Both the position numbers and the translations under genes were made by a program. The notes beneath the pieces were generated by a model, which was not told where the DNA came from, ran no database searches, and was given only the letters and a program-made list of their open reading frames with translations. A DNA stretch of 64,000 nucleotides from positions 18,249 to 82,248 of the forward strand of contig JBBTSY010000007.1 in the NCBI GenBank assembly GCA_038064515.1, in the 5' to 3' direction. This document shows, one piece after another, positions 34,623 through 43,759 of the stretch; positions within the stretch are counted from its first letter, which is position 1, and each line of letters opens with the position of its first letter. This stretch comes from Patescibacteria group bacterium. GTDB taxonomy: Bacteria; Patescibacteriota; Minisyncoccia; 2-02-FULL-40-12; GWA2-44-9.

Positions 34623-35739
34623 TTCCTTTTCCGGGTCCAGCCTTGGCTTTCGTGCGTTCGGCTTTCTCCATCTCTTTCTGCTCGGCTTTCAATGCTTTTT
34701 GGACAAACTCTTGGATTTTGACAAATCCTCTTTCGAGCATATCCGGGTGCATCTGCTCAACTGCCGTCCAGCTTCCAGTATTGAAGCCGTACATAACCGC
34801 ATCAATCTTGAACTTCTTTGATTGAGCATCTTGGCCAGGCTTAACCTGGACCAGGTATGATTCAATCTCTTCAAGAATGATCTTCTTTCGCTTCCTGAAC
34901 ATTTCTTTATCATCTTCGGTCTTGAACAGATCACGCGCATCGCGTTCTCCGACTGTCGAGAGCTTCACTGGTGAATCAAGCATAACTTCGATAACCGGGG
35001 CAAAGTCCTCGTATGTCGGATCTTCGAAAGTCTTGCCATCAAGTACCGTAGATCGGTCCTTAATGATCGTGGCCCGTCTTGAAACTGATTTAACTGTGCT
35101 ACCTTCCATCTCCTGCAACCGTTCCATAAGCACGAGCAAATCAGGCTCGTAGGCGGTTTCGCCTTCAACCTTCATCTTTACGCCTGACTTGTAGATTTCA
35201 CGCTTGCCGGTATCGGCATTAACCTCGTTCTCATATTCGTATCCGGCGCGACCGCACATGACAACATGATACGGATCGCCGACGAACAGATCGCTGAATT
35301 CGGTTTTCCATGTCGGCTTAATGATTCCCCAATCTTGGAATTCAAGTCTTAATTTGGCCGACTTGCCGTACTTAGTCGGAGCTTGCTTGTATGATTCCAG
35401 AAAGTTCTCCCATACATGGGATATTGAATCAATGATCAAGATATCGCTGAAGCCTTCCCGCATTCGGGTCATGGTCTCCTTCAAGTCAGCCAAAGACTTG
35501 GACTCTTTCACCAGTAATTCGATTCCCTCTTGGGCGAATAGTGGCTTTAAGAACTTCGACGCCTTTTCGGTATCGAAGATAATAACTGGCTTTGTTGATC
35601 CTATCCTCTTGTATAAACCAACAGCTATTTTAGCTGCGGTATACGTCTTACCTGTTCCAGCAAAACCCTCAAAGGCCGCTTTGAAATACGGCTTGGTGTT
35701 TGCTACCGGAACGAAGAAATTATCTTTGTTCATTTGCAT
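34597..35739 (-). CDS. Phage-associated RecA-fold ATPase (AAA_24/Sak4-like)
   Basis: 380 aa. Walker A is GFAGTGKTYTA, and a Walker B-like IIFDTE is present. The size and architecture match the AAA_24 family common in phage replication/recombination modules. The C-terminus is Lys/Glu-rich. Confidence 0.7.
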   Translation of the reverse strand: MQMNKDNFFVPVANTKPYFKAAFEGFAGTGKTYTAAKIAVGLYKRIGSTKPVIIFDTEKASKFLKPLFAQEGIELLVKESKSLADLKETMTRMREGFSDILIIDSISHVWENFLESYKQAPTKYGKSAKLRLEFQDWGIIKPTWKTEFSDLFVGDPYHVVMCGRAGYEYENEVNADTGKREIYKSGVKMKVEGETAYEPDLLVLMERLQEMEGSTVKSVSRRATIIKDRSTVLDGKTFEDPTYEDFAPVIEVMLDSPVKLSTVGERDARDLFKTEDDKEMFRKRKKIILEEIESYLVQVKPGQDAQSKKFKIDAVMYGFNTGSWTAVEQMHPDMLERGFVKIQEFVQKALKAEQKEMEKAERTKAKAGPGKGNGQVHANR

Positions 35740-35901
35740 TGCCAGAGAATATTTGCTAAAGTAACTTTAAGTTTGTGAAACGTCCCGAAAGGGCCGTTTT
35801 GCTTTTTATTCTCTGAGTTCATAGTTTTTAGTAATTCGCATCGGTGGGTTTGTTTTTTACCCAATATCGCTGGGTTACGTTCGACCTAAGGCGAAAACGA
35901 A

Positions 35902-35935
35902 AAACACCGTGTTTTGACGGTGTTTTCATTGTTTT
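35902..35935 (-). terminator. Rho-independent terminator downstream of rplK
   Basis: On the minus strand, AAACACCG-tcaaaaca-CGGTGTTT is followed by TTCGTTTTCG. Confidence 0.5.
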
Positions 35936-35964
35936 ACTGGGTTTTTGCGAGTTCGTGGGGCCTT

Positions 35965-36387
35965 TTACTCTACGCTAATCCCCATGGAACGCGCGGTGCC
36001 CTCGACGATCTTCATCGCGGCGTCGACGTCATTGGCGTTCAGATCAACCATCTTTTTCTCGGCGATTTCCCGAACCTGAACTTTAGTGACCGTGCCAACT
36101 TTTTTCTTGTTTGGTTCGCCGGAACCTTTTTCAATCCCTGCGGCAACGCGCAAAAGGTATGCCACTGGAGGAGTCTTGAGCTTGAATTCGAATGTACGAT
36201 CTTCAAAGATCGTGATTTCAATAGGCGTCACTTCGCCCATCTTGTCTTTGGTTGCCTCATTAAACTGCTGGACAAATTGCTGAAGATTAATGCCGTGAGG
36301 ACCCAGGGCGGTACCAACCGGTGGCGCCGGTGTTGCTCGGCCGCCTTCGATCTGTAATTTTACCACTGCTTTTATTTTTTTTGCCAT
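35965..36387 (-). CDS. rplK: 50S ribosomal protein uL11
   Basis: 140 aa. The N-terminus is [34 protein letters not shown]. Confidence 0.95.
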   Translation of the reverse strand: MAKKIKAVVKLQIEGGRATPAPPVGTALGPHGINLQQFVQQFNEATKDKMGEVTPIEITIFEDRTFEFKLKTPPVAYLLRVAAGIEKGSGEPNKKKVGTVTKVQVREIAEKKMVDLNANDVDAAMKIVEGTARSMGISVE

Positions 36388-36391
36388 GATT

Positions 36392-36937
36392 TTATAACTT
36401 TTTTATCTGTAAGAAGTCCAGCTCGACGGGCGTTTCGCGGCCAAAGATTGTAACAAGCACTTTGACCCTTCCCTTCTCCGGATCAACTTCGGCAATCTTG
36501 CCATCGAAGTCCTTGAACGGACCGTCCGTGATCTTTACGCGATCGTCCACGGCAACATCAAGCTGATACTTCGGCTCTTCCACGCCCATGCGCTTGACCA
36601 AAGAATCAACCTCATCTTTCGAGAGCGGCGTTGGAACTGTACCGGCGCCGATAAAACCGGTTACATTCGGCGTATTGCGCACGACATACCATGAATCATC
36701 ATCGACAAGCATTTCTACCAATACATAACCCGGGTAGATCTTTTCTTCAATAGTCTCGCGCTTGCCGTTTTTGATTCTTATCTTTTTTTCCTTCGGGACG
36801 AGAACATTAAAAATCTTATCCTCAAAGCCAAGCGACTCAACGCGCTGCATGAGATTGCGAGCAACATTATCTTCATAGCCTGAATAGGTGTGGATAGCAT
36901 ACCAAAGACGTTCTGCAGTAGAAACTTGTTTAGGCAT
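36392..36937 (-). CDS. nusG: Transcription termination/antitermination factor NusG
   Basis: 181 aa. The NGN domain is [18 protein letters not shown] motif ([19 protein letters not shown]) is present. Confidence 0.95.
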   Translation of the reverse strand: MPKQVSTAERLWYAIHTYSGYEDNVARNLMQRVESLGFEDKIFNVLVPKEKKIRIKNGKRETIEEKIYPGYVLVEMLVDDDSWYVVRNTPNVTGFIGAGTVPTPLSKDEVDSLVKRMGVEEPKYQLDVAVDDRVKITDGPFKDFDGKIAEVDPEKGRVKVLVTIFGRETPVELDFLQIKKL

Positions 36938-36938
36938 A

Positions 36939-37127
36939 TTAAGGTTTAAGAACGAATCGGTTAAGAACTTCGGTAAGAGCGAAGTCTAAAATGCCAAGAA
37001 AAATAGCGAGCGCCAGACTGATGCCGATTACCACAAAAGTGTAGTTAATAGTCTGCTGGCGGGTAGGCCAGCTCACTTTAGATAACTCCGCTCGTACATC
37101 TTTGAGATATGTGACAATCCGATTCAT
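36939..37127 (-). CDS. secE: Preprotein translocase subunit SecE
   Basis: 62 aa, single TM. ELSKVSWPTRQQTINYTFVVIGISLALAIFLGILDF. The canonical secE-nusG-rplK order is present. Confidence 0.85.
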   Translation of the reverse strand: MNRIVTYLKDVRAELSKVSWPTRQQTINYTFVVIGISLALAIFLGILDFALTEVLNRFVLKP

Positions 37128-37293
37128 GTGTATATAGAATATGTGACTATGCGGTTGCTACGCTGCGGATAGGTTAACGTAACTCAGATTTGCCTAATCC
37201 TGTCGGCAATAAATCTGCCTGATACGATTTTGTCTTTGTAAAAACGTATCAAAAACCGCCCCGGGGCGTACTTGTACCCTACTAGAGATCCTT

Positions 37294-39471
37294 TTAGATG
37301 TCAAGATTCTGCACGGATTTTGCATGCGTTTGGATAAATTTCTTGCGAGGCATGACTTCTGATCCCATCAGCACCTCGAAAATCCGGCTTGCTTCTTCGG
37401 CATCCTGGATGGTGATTTGATAGAGTAGCCGATTCTCCGGGTTCATGGTCGTCTCCCATAATTGCTCGGCATTCATTTCTCCAAGACCTTTATAGCGTTG
37501 AATGGAAAGGCCGGCAACCCTTACCTCCGAATTTGCATTGACATCAATACTATTGCCCTTCATCTCGGCATCGTCTCGACGAGACGGATCTATCGCTACG
37601 CCATCACTATCCAATGGCGTAACCTCCCACCCCTCCGGCACTTCATCTTTTTTCTCTTTCCCTGGCCGGACAGGATTGGCTTTTTCTTCTGCTTTTACTA
37701 TTGCCGCTCCCATGAATTGCTTCACTACTTTGTCTTTCTCTTCGTCCGAAAATACGTACTGAATCTTTCCGCCTTTAGTAATGCCATAGAGCGGCGGCTG
37801 GGCCATATAAATGTGCCCGGCGCCGATCAAAGCTGGAAAGTAGCGATAGAATAACGTTAATAACAGCGTGCGAATGTGTGCACCATCAACATCGGCATCC
37901 GTCATGATGATGACTTTATGGTAGCGAAGTTTTGTAATATCAAACTCTTCCGCAATCGCGGTTCCCATGGCAATGATAAGATTACGGACTTGTTCCGAGG
38001 CAAGCATTTTATCAATGCGGGCTTTCTCGACGTTTAAAATTTTCCCGCGTAGCGGCAGGATTGCCTGCGTGCGACGGTCGCGACCCATTTTTGATGACCC
38101 GCCAGCCGAATCACCCTCAACGATAAAAAGTTCCGATTCGGATGGATCGCGACTTGAGCAATCGGCAAGCTTGCCCGGCAGGGTCATTCCTTCCAGCGCG
38201 CCTTTGCGTAAGACTGTTTCGCGGGCCGCTTTCGCCGCCATTCGAGCTTTGGAAGCCAAAAGCACCTTTTCCATAATAGCTCGACCGTCATTGGGGTTGC
38301 GCTCCAGCCAATCGGCAAATTCAACATTCATAACCGTTTCTACCGCTGTACGGGCATCGGGCGTACCTAGCTTGGCTTTTGTCTGGCCCTCGAACTGCGG
38401 ATCTCGCAACTTCACCGAGATAATCGTCGTTAAGCCTTCACGGGCATCATCACCGGTAAGGTTTTCGTCTTTTTCTTTCAAGAAGCCATTTCGCCGAGCG
38501 TAATCGTTAAGCGTGCGGGTAATGGCCGATTTGAAACCAGTCATGTGCATACCGCCTTCGACCGTATGGATATTATTCGCAAAACTGATTTCAGTCGTTG
38601 AGAGTTCATCGACATATTGCAGAGCAATTTCTACCTGAATATTTTGCTGCTCTTTTTCTGTATAGAAAATATTTGGATGCTTCGCATCTTCATTGCGGTT
38701 AAGGAAATTAACGTATGAAATAAGACCGCCCTCAAAATAAAACGTGTAAGTAGGGGTCTGCTCCTCTGTACCGCCTACTTTTACCGGCTCCCGCGCATCG
38801 ACAATCGAAATCTTTACGCCTTTACTAAGATATGCCTGCTGACGAAGGTGATGAAGAATTTCTTCAACATTAAGATTGCGATCCAAAAAAATCATCGGAT
38901 CAGGCTCAAAGGTAATAATTGTACCGGTTGTTTTTGACGTACCGACTTTCTTCACGGGCTTTTTCGGATTCCCCCGTTCATATTCCTGTTCATAAAGAGC
39001 GCCGTCGCGCATGACTTCCGCTTTCAAATAAGAAGATAGTGCGTTGACAACCGAGACGCCAACGCCATGAAGACCGCCTGAAACTTTGTATGCGCCGTCG
39101 CTAAACTTACCGCCGGCATGCAGGACTGTCATGACCGTCTCCAAGGTGGAGACGCCGGTCTGTTTGTGCTTCTCAATGGGAATGCCGCGGCCATCATCTC
39201 TTACTTGAACGCGATAGTTAGGCAATAGGGTAACTTCGATATTTTTAGCGAAGCCGGCCATTGCTTCATCGAGTGAATTATCAAAAACTTCCCAGACAAG
39301 GTGGTGCAAGCCAGCAGGACCGGTTGAACCGATGTACATGCCGGGACGCTTTCTGACCGGCTCTAAACCCTCAAGAACTTGAATGTCTTGAGCCGTATAG
39401 GAGGCCTGCCCGTCATTGACTTTCGCCGCAGGCGATGGCAGGCGGGAATTTTTTGGCTTGTTATCTGCCAT
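37294..39471 (-). CDS. gyrB: DNA gyrase subunit B
   Basis: 725 aa. GHKL ATPase motifs (LHHLVWEVFDNSLDE, GGLHGVGVSVVNALS) are present. TOPRIM (EGDSAGG) and a C-terminal tail follow. Confidence 0.95.
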   Translation of the reverse strand: MADNKPKNSRLPSPAAKVNDGQASYTAQDIQVLEGLEPVRKRPGMYIGSTGPAGLHHLVWEVFDNSLDEAMAGFAKNIEVTLLPNYRVQVRDDGRGIPIEKHKQTGVSTLETVMTVLHAGGKFSDGAYKVSGGLHGVGVSVVNALSSYLKAEVMRDGALYEQEYERGNPKKPVKKVGTSKTTGTIITFEPDPMIFLDRNLNVEEILHHLRQQAYLSKGVKISIVDAREPVKVGGTEEQTPTYTFYFEGGLISYVNFLNRNEDAKHPNIFYTEKEQQNIQVEIALQYVDELSTTEISFANNIHTVEGGMHMTGFKSAITRTLNDYARRNGFLKEKDENLTGDDAREGLTTIISVKLRDPQFEGQTKAKLGTPDARTAVETVMNVEFADWLERNPNDGRAIMEKVLLASKARMAAKAARETVLRKGALEGMTLPGKLADCSSRDPSESELFIVEGDSAGGSSKMGRDRRTQAILPLRGKILNVEKARIDKMLASEQVRNLIIAMGTAIAEEFDITKLRYHKVIIMTDADVDGAHIRTLLLTLFYRYFPALIGAGHIYMAQPPLYGITKGGKIQYVFSDEEKDKVVKQFMGAAIVKAEEKANPVRPGKEKKDEVPEGWEVTPLDSDGVAIDPSRRDDAEMKGNSIDVNANSEVRVAGLSIQRYKGLGEMNAEQLWETTMNPENRLLYQITIQDAEEASRIFEVLMGSEVMPRKKFIQTHAKSVQNLDI

Positions 39472-39674
39472 ATTTCAAACCAGCATCCCGCCGGAGGCGG
39501 GACTCACTTTGGTACTTAATTGTAGCATTTTCCGGACGTTAAAGCAATGGCAAAAAAACATTTTCATCGTATGAAAAAGCGTGTGAAATCTATTGACAGT
39601 TATTCCATATATGGTATTCAATAGATGGTACTATTGCGGTAAAAAGGGGCTCTCATCCCCCTTAAAGGTGCTAC

Positions 39675-40685
39675 ATGAAAAGCAAAAACGTCACTCCCCT
39701 TCTCGGGCAGGTCCTGCAAAAAATCGCACTCAAGATCGGTGCGACGGTTGTGATGGAGCCCGAGTGGGGCATCGTAGGGCAGATCACCTTCAGGAACGGG
39801 CGCAGACGCTACTTTCGATACTCCAGTCTCGACCTGAACTCGATGGGCGCATCGGAGATCGCTAAGGACAAGGACTACGCGAACTTCTTCATGGGTCGCA
39901 TGGGATATCCAACAGTCTCGGGCAAGACGTTCTTTTCCAAGGAATGGGCACGGGCCATCGGTTCGCGTCGAGACATCGATGCCGCCTACCACTACGCTGT
40001 CGGACTCGGGTTCCCTGTCGTCGTAAAGCCGAACAGCGGCAGCCAAGGCATGGGTGTCTCATTCGTGTATACGAAGCGCGAGTTCTACCGAGCCATGCGT
40101 TTCGTATTCAGCAGTGACCGCGTGGGCTTGGTCCAGCGCATCGTCAGCGGCAGAGATTACCGGGTCGTTGTCATGGATAACCGAGTGATCTCCGCCTACG
40201 AGCGCACTCCCCTCAACGTCATCGGTGATGGAAGGTCCACCATCCGGCAGCTCTTGCAAAAAAAGCAAAGGCGATTCATCGCCTCGAGCAGGGACACGCG
40301 TATCAAGCTGGATGACCCGCGGATCGCCGAGAAGCTTGAACGGCAACGGTTGAGCTTCCGGTCAATTCCCGCCCGCAGGAAACACATCTATCTGCTCGAC
40401 AACGCGAATTTGTCATCGGGCGGAGACTCGCGCGATGTGACATCACAGATGCACCCTACGTTCAAGAAGCTCGCCATTCGGTTGACGCGAGACATGGGCC
40501 TTCGCCTGTGCGGCGTCGATCTCATGGTCGCTGGAGACATCAGCAAGCGCCCAGGTACGTACTGGGTTCTTGAGGTCAACTCTGCTCCCGGCCTCGATCA
40601 CTACGCCAAGATGGGCCGCACGCAGGAGAAAATCGTCGAGGAACTCTACCTCGAAGTCCTGAAAAGCTTGGAGAGGAGGCCATGA
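39675..40685 (+). CDS. ATP-grasp family ligase (RimK/cyanophycin-synthetase-N-domain-like), GC-rich
   Basis: 336 aa. The ATP-grasp C-terminal motifs are LLDNANLSSGGDSRDVT...CGVDLMV...YWVLEVNSAPGLDHY. G+C is visibly higher than its neighbours. A promoter-like TTGACA lies at approximately 39592 and an AAGGTG SD is present. Confidence 0.7.
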   Translation: MKSKNVTPLLGQVLQKIALKIGATVVMEPEWGIVGQITFRNGRRRYFRYSSLDLNSMGASEIAKDKDYANFFMGRMGYPTVSGKTFFSKEWARAIGSRRDIDAAYHYAVGLGFPVVVKPNSGSQGMGVSFVYTKREFYRAMRFVFSSDRVGLVQRIVSGRDYRVVVMDNRVISAYERTPLNVIGDGRSTIRQLLQKKQRRFIASSRDTRIKLDDPRIAEKLERQRLSFRSIPARRKHIYLLDNANLSSGGDSRDVTSQMHPTFKKLAIRLTRDMGLRLCGVDLMVAGDISKRPGTYWVLEVNSAPGLDHYAKMGRTQEKIVEELYLEVLKSLERRP

Positions 40686-40730
40686 CCCTTGGGTGCCGGA
40701 GCAAGAGACTCCGGCATCATCTTTTTCATA

Positions 40731-41198
40731 ATGATCCCCATGCACAAAGATATTTCATTGCAAAAATTAGCACACATCCTTGCTACGCATACGGCATCCA
40801 TTCGTTACCGTCCTCTCGCAGGAGAAGTTGATTATACTTCTTGTGAATTGCTCGTACCTGTGCTCGAACAGAGCACGCTCGTCCCAAATACAAGCGGGAC
40901 CGATCCCCTTCTCTGGGCAGCATTCTACACATCTCACTATCGGAATTCTGCCCCCTGCATTTTGATCCCCGGTAATCGTTTTGATATGAAAGGAGCCCGT
41001 TATGGGCGAGGTATGGGATGGTACGACCGTTTTCTTACTGCGATACCGCCCAACTGGCTCCGTATAGGAATCGCAAACCAAACACAACTTTCCCCAACTC
41101 CGCTTGTGCGGCAACCATGGGATGAGCCTGTGGATTGGATCATCGTACGCGACGGATCTTCTTGGAAGGTTTATGAGACCCGCGCGCGGCATCTCTGA
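40731..41198 (+). CDS. 5-formyltetrahydrofolate cyclo-ligase family protein
   Basis: The start was trimmed to MIPMHKD at ATG 40731. The family signature GARYGRGMGWYDRFL (GxGxGYYDR) is present. Confidence 0.7.
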   Translation: MIPMHKDISLQKLAHILATHTASIRYRPLAGEVDYTSCELLVPVLEQSTLVPNTSGTDPLLWAAFYTSHYRNSAPCILIPGNRFDMKGARYGRGMGWYDRFLTAIPPNWLRIGIANQTQLSPTPLVRQPWDEPVDWIIVRDGSSWKVYETRARHL

Positions 41199-41889
41199 AT
41201 GCCCCAGCATAAATATCCGCCCCTGGTGATATTACAAGATTTGCATGCGCTGGGCGAGCAGATTTCTGTTTTATATTTATAAAATGAACAGGAGCATCTC
41301 GAATGATAGCTATCGGTGTTTGTTCGTCGCCTTCCCCCATGATGAAAACCGCACTAGCCGCAAGCGCATCGGCAACATTGCTTTGCGTAAAACGGCCCTT
41401 TCTTCCGAAGAGATCTTTTTCTCCAATGTAACTTTTCAGCGGCTCGAATCCTGCGTACCCGATCGCTCGGCCAATCGTGCCAACGCGAAGCGGCACGCTT
41501 TTTGTATCCGTGATCAGCACGCCAAGATGCTTGTGTGAAAAATGACGAACAAATTTTTTGCGGATTGCTTCTGCAGTTTTTTGAGCATTTTTTGGGAGGA
41601 GAATAATGCCGCCGTTTGCATTGGATTCATCAGCACCCGCGTTGATACACCATCCATCGTGAGTAAGCGTAAGAAACGCCCACGGCGTTTCGATGACTTT
41701 GAGCGAATCGCGATAAATCAACGTCGTGCGGGCCGAGAGAGGAGCAATTCTGCCTTGCGATAAAGCAACGATTTTTGACGTAATCGCGACAATATCACCT
41801 TCCCAAAGTACGGGCACATGATGAGTAATGAACTTGATAAGATCATCACCGGCTTCAAAAAGGGGCGTTCTGATGCCAATAATATCCAT
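41140..41889 (-). CDS. CofE/FbiB-like gamma-glutamyl ligase family protein (F420-0:gamma-glutamyl ligase fold)
   Basis: 249 aa. MDIIGIRTPLFEAGDDLIKFI...IVAITSKIVALSQGR is typical of the F420_ligase fold. Its 3' end overlaps the convergent 5-FCL gene. Confidence 0.65.
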   Translation of the reverse strand: MDIIGIRTPLFEAGDDLIKFITHHVPVLWEGDIVAITSKIVALSQGRIAPLSARTTLIYRDSLKVIETPWAFLTLTHDGWCINAGADESNANGGIILLPKNAQKTAEAIRKKFVRHFSHKHLGVLITDTKSVPLRVGTIGRAIGYAGFEPLKSYIGEKDLFGRKGRFTQSNVADALAASAVFIMGEGDEQTPIAIIRDAPVHFINIKQKSARPAHANLVISPGADIYAGAFRDAARGSHKPSKKIRRVR

Positions 41890-41914
41890 AAGGTGTTATT
41901 AATCCCGATATAAA

Positions 41915-43054
41915 CTACCTCAAATCCGCATGGAAAACTTGGGCTGTTTGATCGTATACCTTCTTCTGAATAGGGTCGATTTCTTCAGTCGTGAGAGTCC
42001 GATCCGTACTGCGATACGTGATGCGGTACGTATAGCTCATTTTGTCCGCGCCGAATTTCTTCGCATTCTCATAGTTGTCGAGGAGCTGGACTTCCTCGAC
42101 GAGGTCGCCGCCAATATCGCGAATGAGGTCAAAGTAGTTATTGGGTACGAAATCGTTCTTTACGACAAATGAGATATCGCGGACAATCGGCGGATATTTG
42201 CTTACCGACACATATTTATTACCTAGTTTCAGCTGCCGCTTGACTCGTTCATCCTGTGACCAAAAAAGGCGCATGTCAGGCAAACTCATACTAGCCATTG
42301 CTAAACGCTCCAGACCGGGTCCAAATGCCCAGCCATTATATTCATTCGGGTCAACACCAAAATTTTCTAGCACCGCTCCTTTTACCACGCCCGAACCTAA
42401 AACCTCTAACCAGCGGCCCCCAACCTCTATTTCCATTTCTAAACTAGGATCAGTATAAGGGAACTGATCGGTATTGAAACGGTGTTTTACGTCCTTACCA
42501 TAAATCGCCCCAGCCATTTCTGACAATACATCCTGTAAATCTTGTATCACGATGACGTGATCTTTTTTGCGGCATAAGTACCAACCGTCAATTTGATGGA
42601 ACACGGGCATATGAAAACGATCAATCTCGTCTTTCCGGTAAACCTTACCGTATGAGAGAGCGCCAACAGGCTGACCATTTTTAATTTTCTCCCTCACTTC
42701 CGGCAAATTCAAATGATAATACCACATCACCGTAGTGTGGGTTCGCAAAATGTGGTCTTTATCAACGAAGTAAGTATCTGACGGGGTCCTAGCCGGGTGG
42801 TCTGCTGGGAAGTTGAATAAATCAAAACTTATATCACATCTTACGATCTCTGGCACTTTCAAAACCTCAAAGTCAGCAAATCGTGGCAAACTCAATACAC
42901 GCTCTACAAGCTCCGCCAAAGGACTGCCCGGCGTACGGGACAGATCTGGCATGGCAAGATACCGTTTCAGACGCTCGCTCAACGGATCATGCTTATTCAC
43001 CAACTCTTTTTGCAATTCCTGCTCCTCCGGAGAATCAATAGTAATATGGCTCAT
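41915..43054 (-). CDS. pheS: Phenylalanyl-tRNA synthetase alpha subunit
   Basis: 379 aa. Class II motifs FPADHPARTPSDTYFV, RTHTTVMW and GRWLEVLGSGVV are present. Confidence 0.9.
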   Translation of the reverse strand: MSHITIDSPEEQELQKELVNKHDPLSERLKRYLAMPDLSRTPGSPLAELVERVLSLPRFADFEVLKVPEIVRCDISFDLFNFPADHPARTPSDTYFVDKDHILRTHTTVMWYYHLNLPEVREKIKNGQPVGALSYGKVYRKDEIDRFHMPVFHQIDGWYLCRKKDHVIVIQDLQDVLSEMAGAIYGKDVKHRFNTDQFPYTDPSLEMEIEVGGRWLEVLGSGVVKGAVLENFGVDPNEYNGWAFGPGLERLAMASMSLPDMRLFWSQDERVKRQLKLGNKYVSVSKYPPIVRDISFVVKNDFVPNNYFDLIRDIGGDLVEEVQLLDNYENAKKFGADKMSYTYRITYRSTDRTLTTEEIDPIQKKVYDQTAQVFHADLR

Positions 43055-43056
43055 GG

Positions 43057-43572
43057 TTATGATTGGGGTTCTGATTCCTTCTTATGCACAGTCTTAAGCT
43101 CTTTTTGGCCTAGTTCAATTGCCAGTTTATTTCGTACCCAGCCATAGAAGTGCTTTACGGATTCCTTCGCTTCCGGCGAGCTGACATCGTACAGTTTCTG
43201 AAGTTCATCTGCTTCGGGCAAATCATTAATTAAAAGTTGATTCTGCTGGAGCGCATGAAACACGGCGAGATCTTGGAAGCTAAGATGAAACGCATTGATC
43301 ATCCCAAGCTCGTGCTCATTGGTCTCTGCAACTATCTTTTCGAGCTCGTTACGATACCTTTCGTAACGGGTGATGAGCTGATTGATTAAATCATGATGAA
43401 ACTTTTTTACTGACGGAAAGGGATGCGCAGGCCGAGCCTGAATCGCTTCATCCATAGTAAGCGTTCCCTCACAATACTTCTGAAACAGTGCTCGTTCTAT
43501 ATCGCTTGCATCTTCGGGCAACTGCAATTCATCTACTGATGATTTTTGGTTGGGTTCTTTTTCTGGATTCAT
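43057..43572 (-). CDS. Hypothetical protein (171 aa)
   Basis: ORF between tRNA-Asp and pheS on the same strand. No recognisable domain. Confidence 0.4.
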   Translation of the reverse strand: MNPEKEPNQKSSVDELQLPEDASDIERALFQKYCEGTLTMDEAIQARPAHPFPSVKKFHHDLINQLITRYERYRNELEKIVAETNEHELGMINAFHLSFQDLAVFHALQQNQLLINDLPEADELQKLYDVSSPEAKESVKHFYGWVRNKLAIELGQKELKTVHKKESEPQS

Positions 43573-43578
43573 AATTTG

Positions 43579-43652
43579 CGCGGGCGGCCGGATTCGAACC
43601 GGTGACCTCTTCCGTGACAGGGAAGCGCTCTAACCAGCTGAGCTACGCCCGC
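43579..43652 (-). tRNA. tRNA-Asp (anticodon GTC), CCA not encoded
   Basis: Minus-strand reading GCGGGCG-TA-GCTC-AGCTGGTTA-GAGC-G-CTTCC-CTGTCAC-GGAAG-AGGTC-ACCGG-TTCGAAT-CCGGC-CGCCCGC-G. The anticodon loop is CTGTCAC. Confidence 0.85.
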
Positions 43653-43759
43653 AATTGCTTACTTTTTTCCAAAAACTCAAGATTAGCTTACCTGATTTCA
43701 GGTAAAATGGGAATAGCTTTAGATCCCGAATAATTGACATAATCCAAGATCAATTATTA

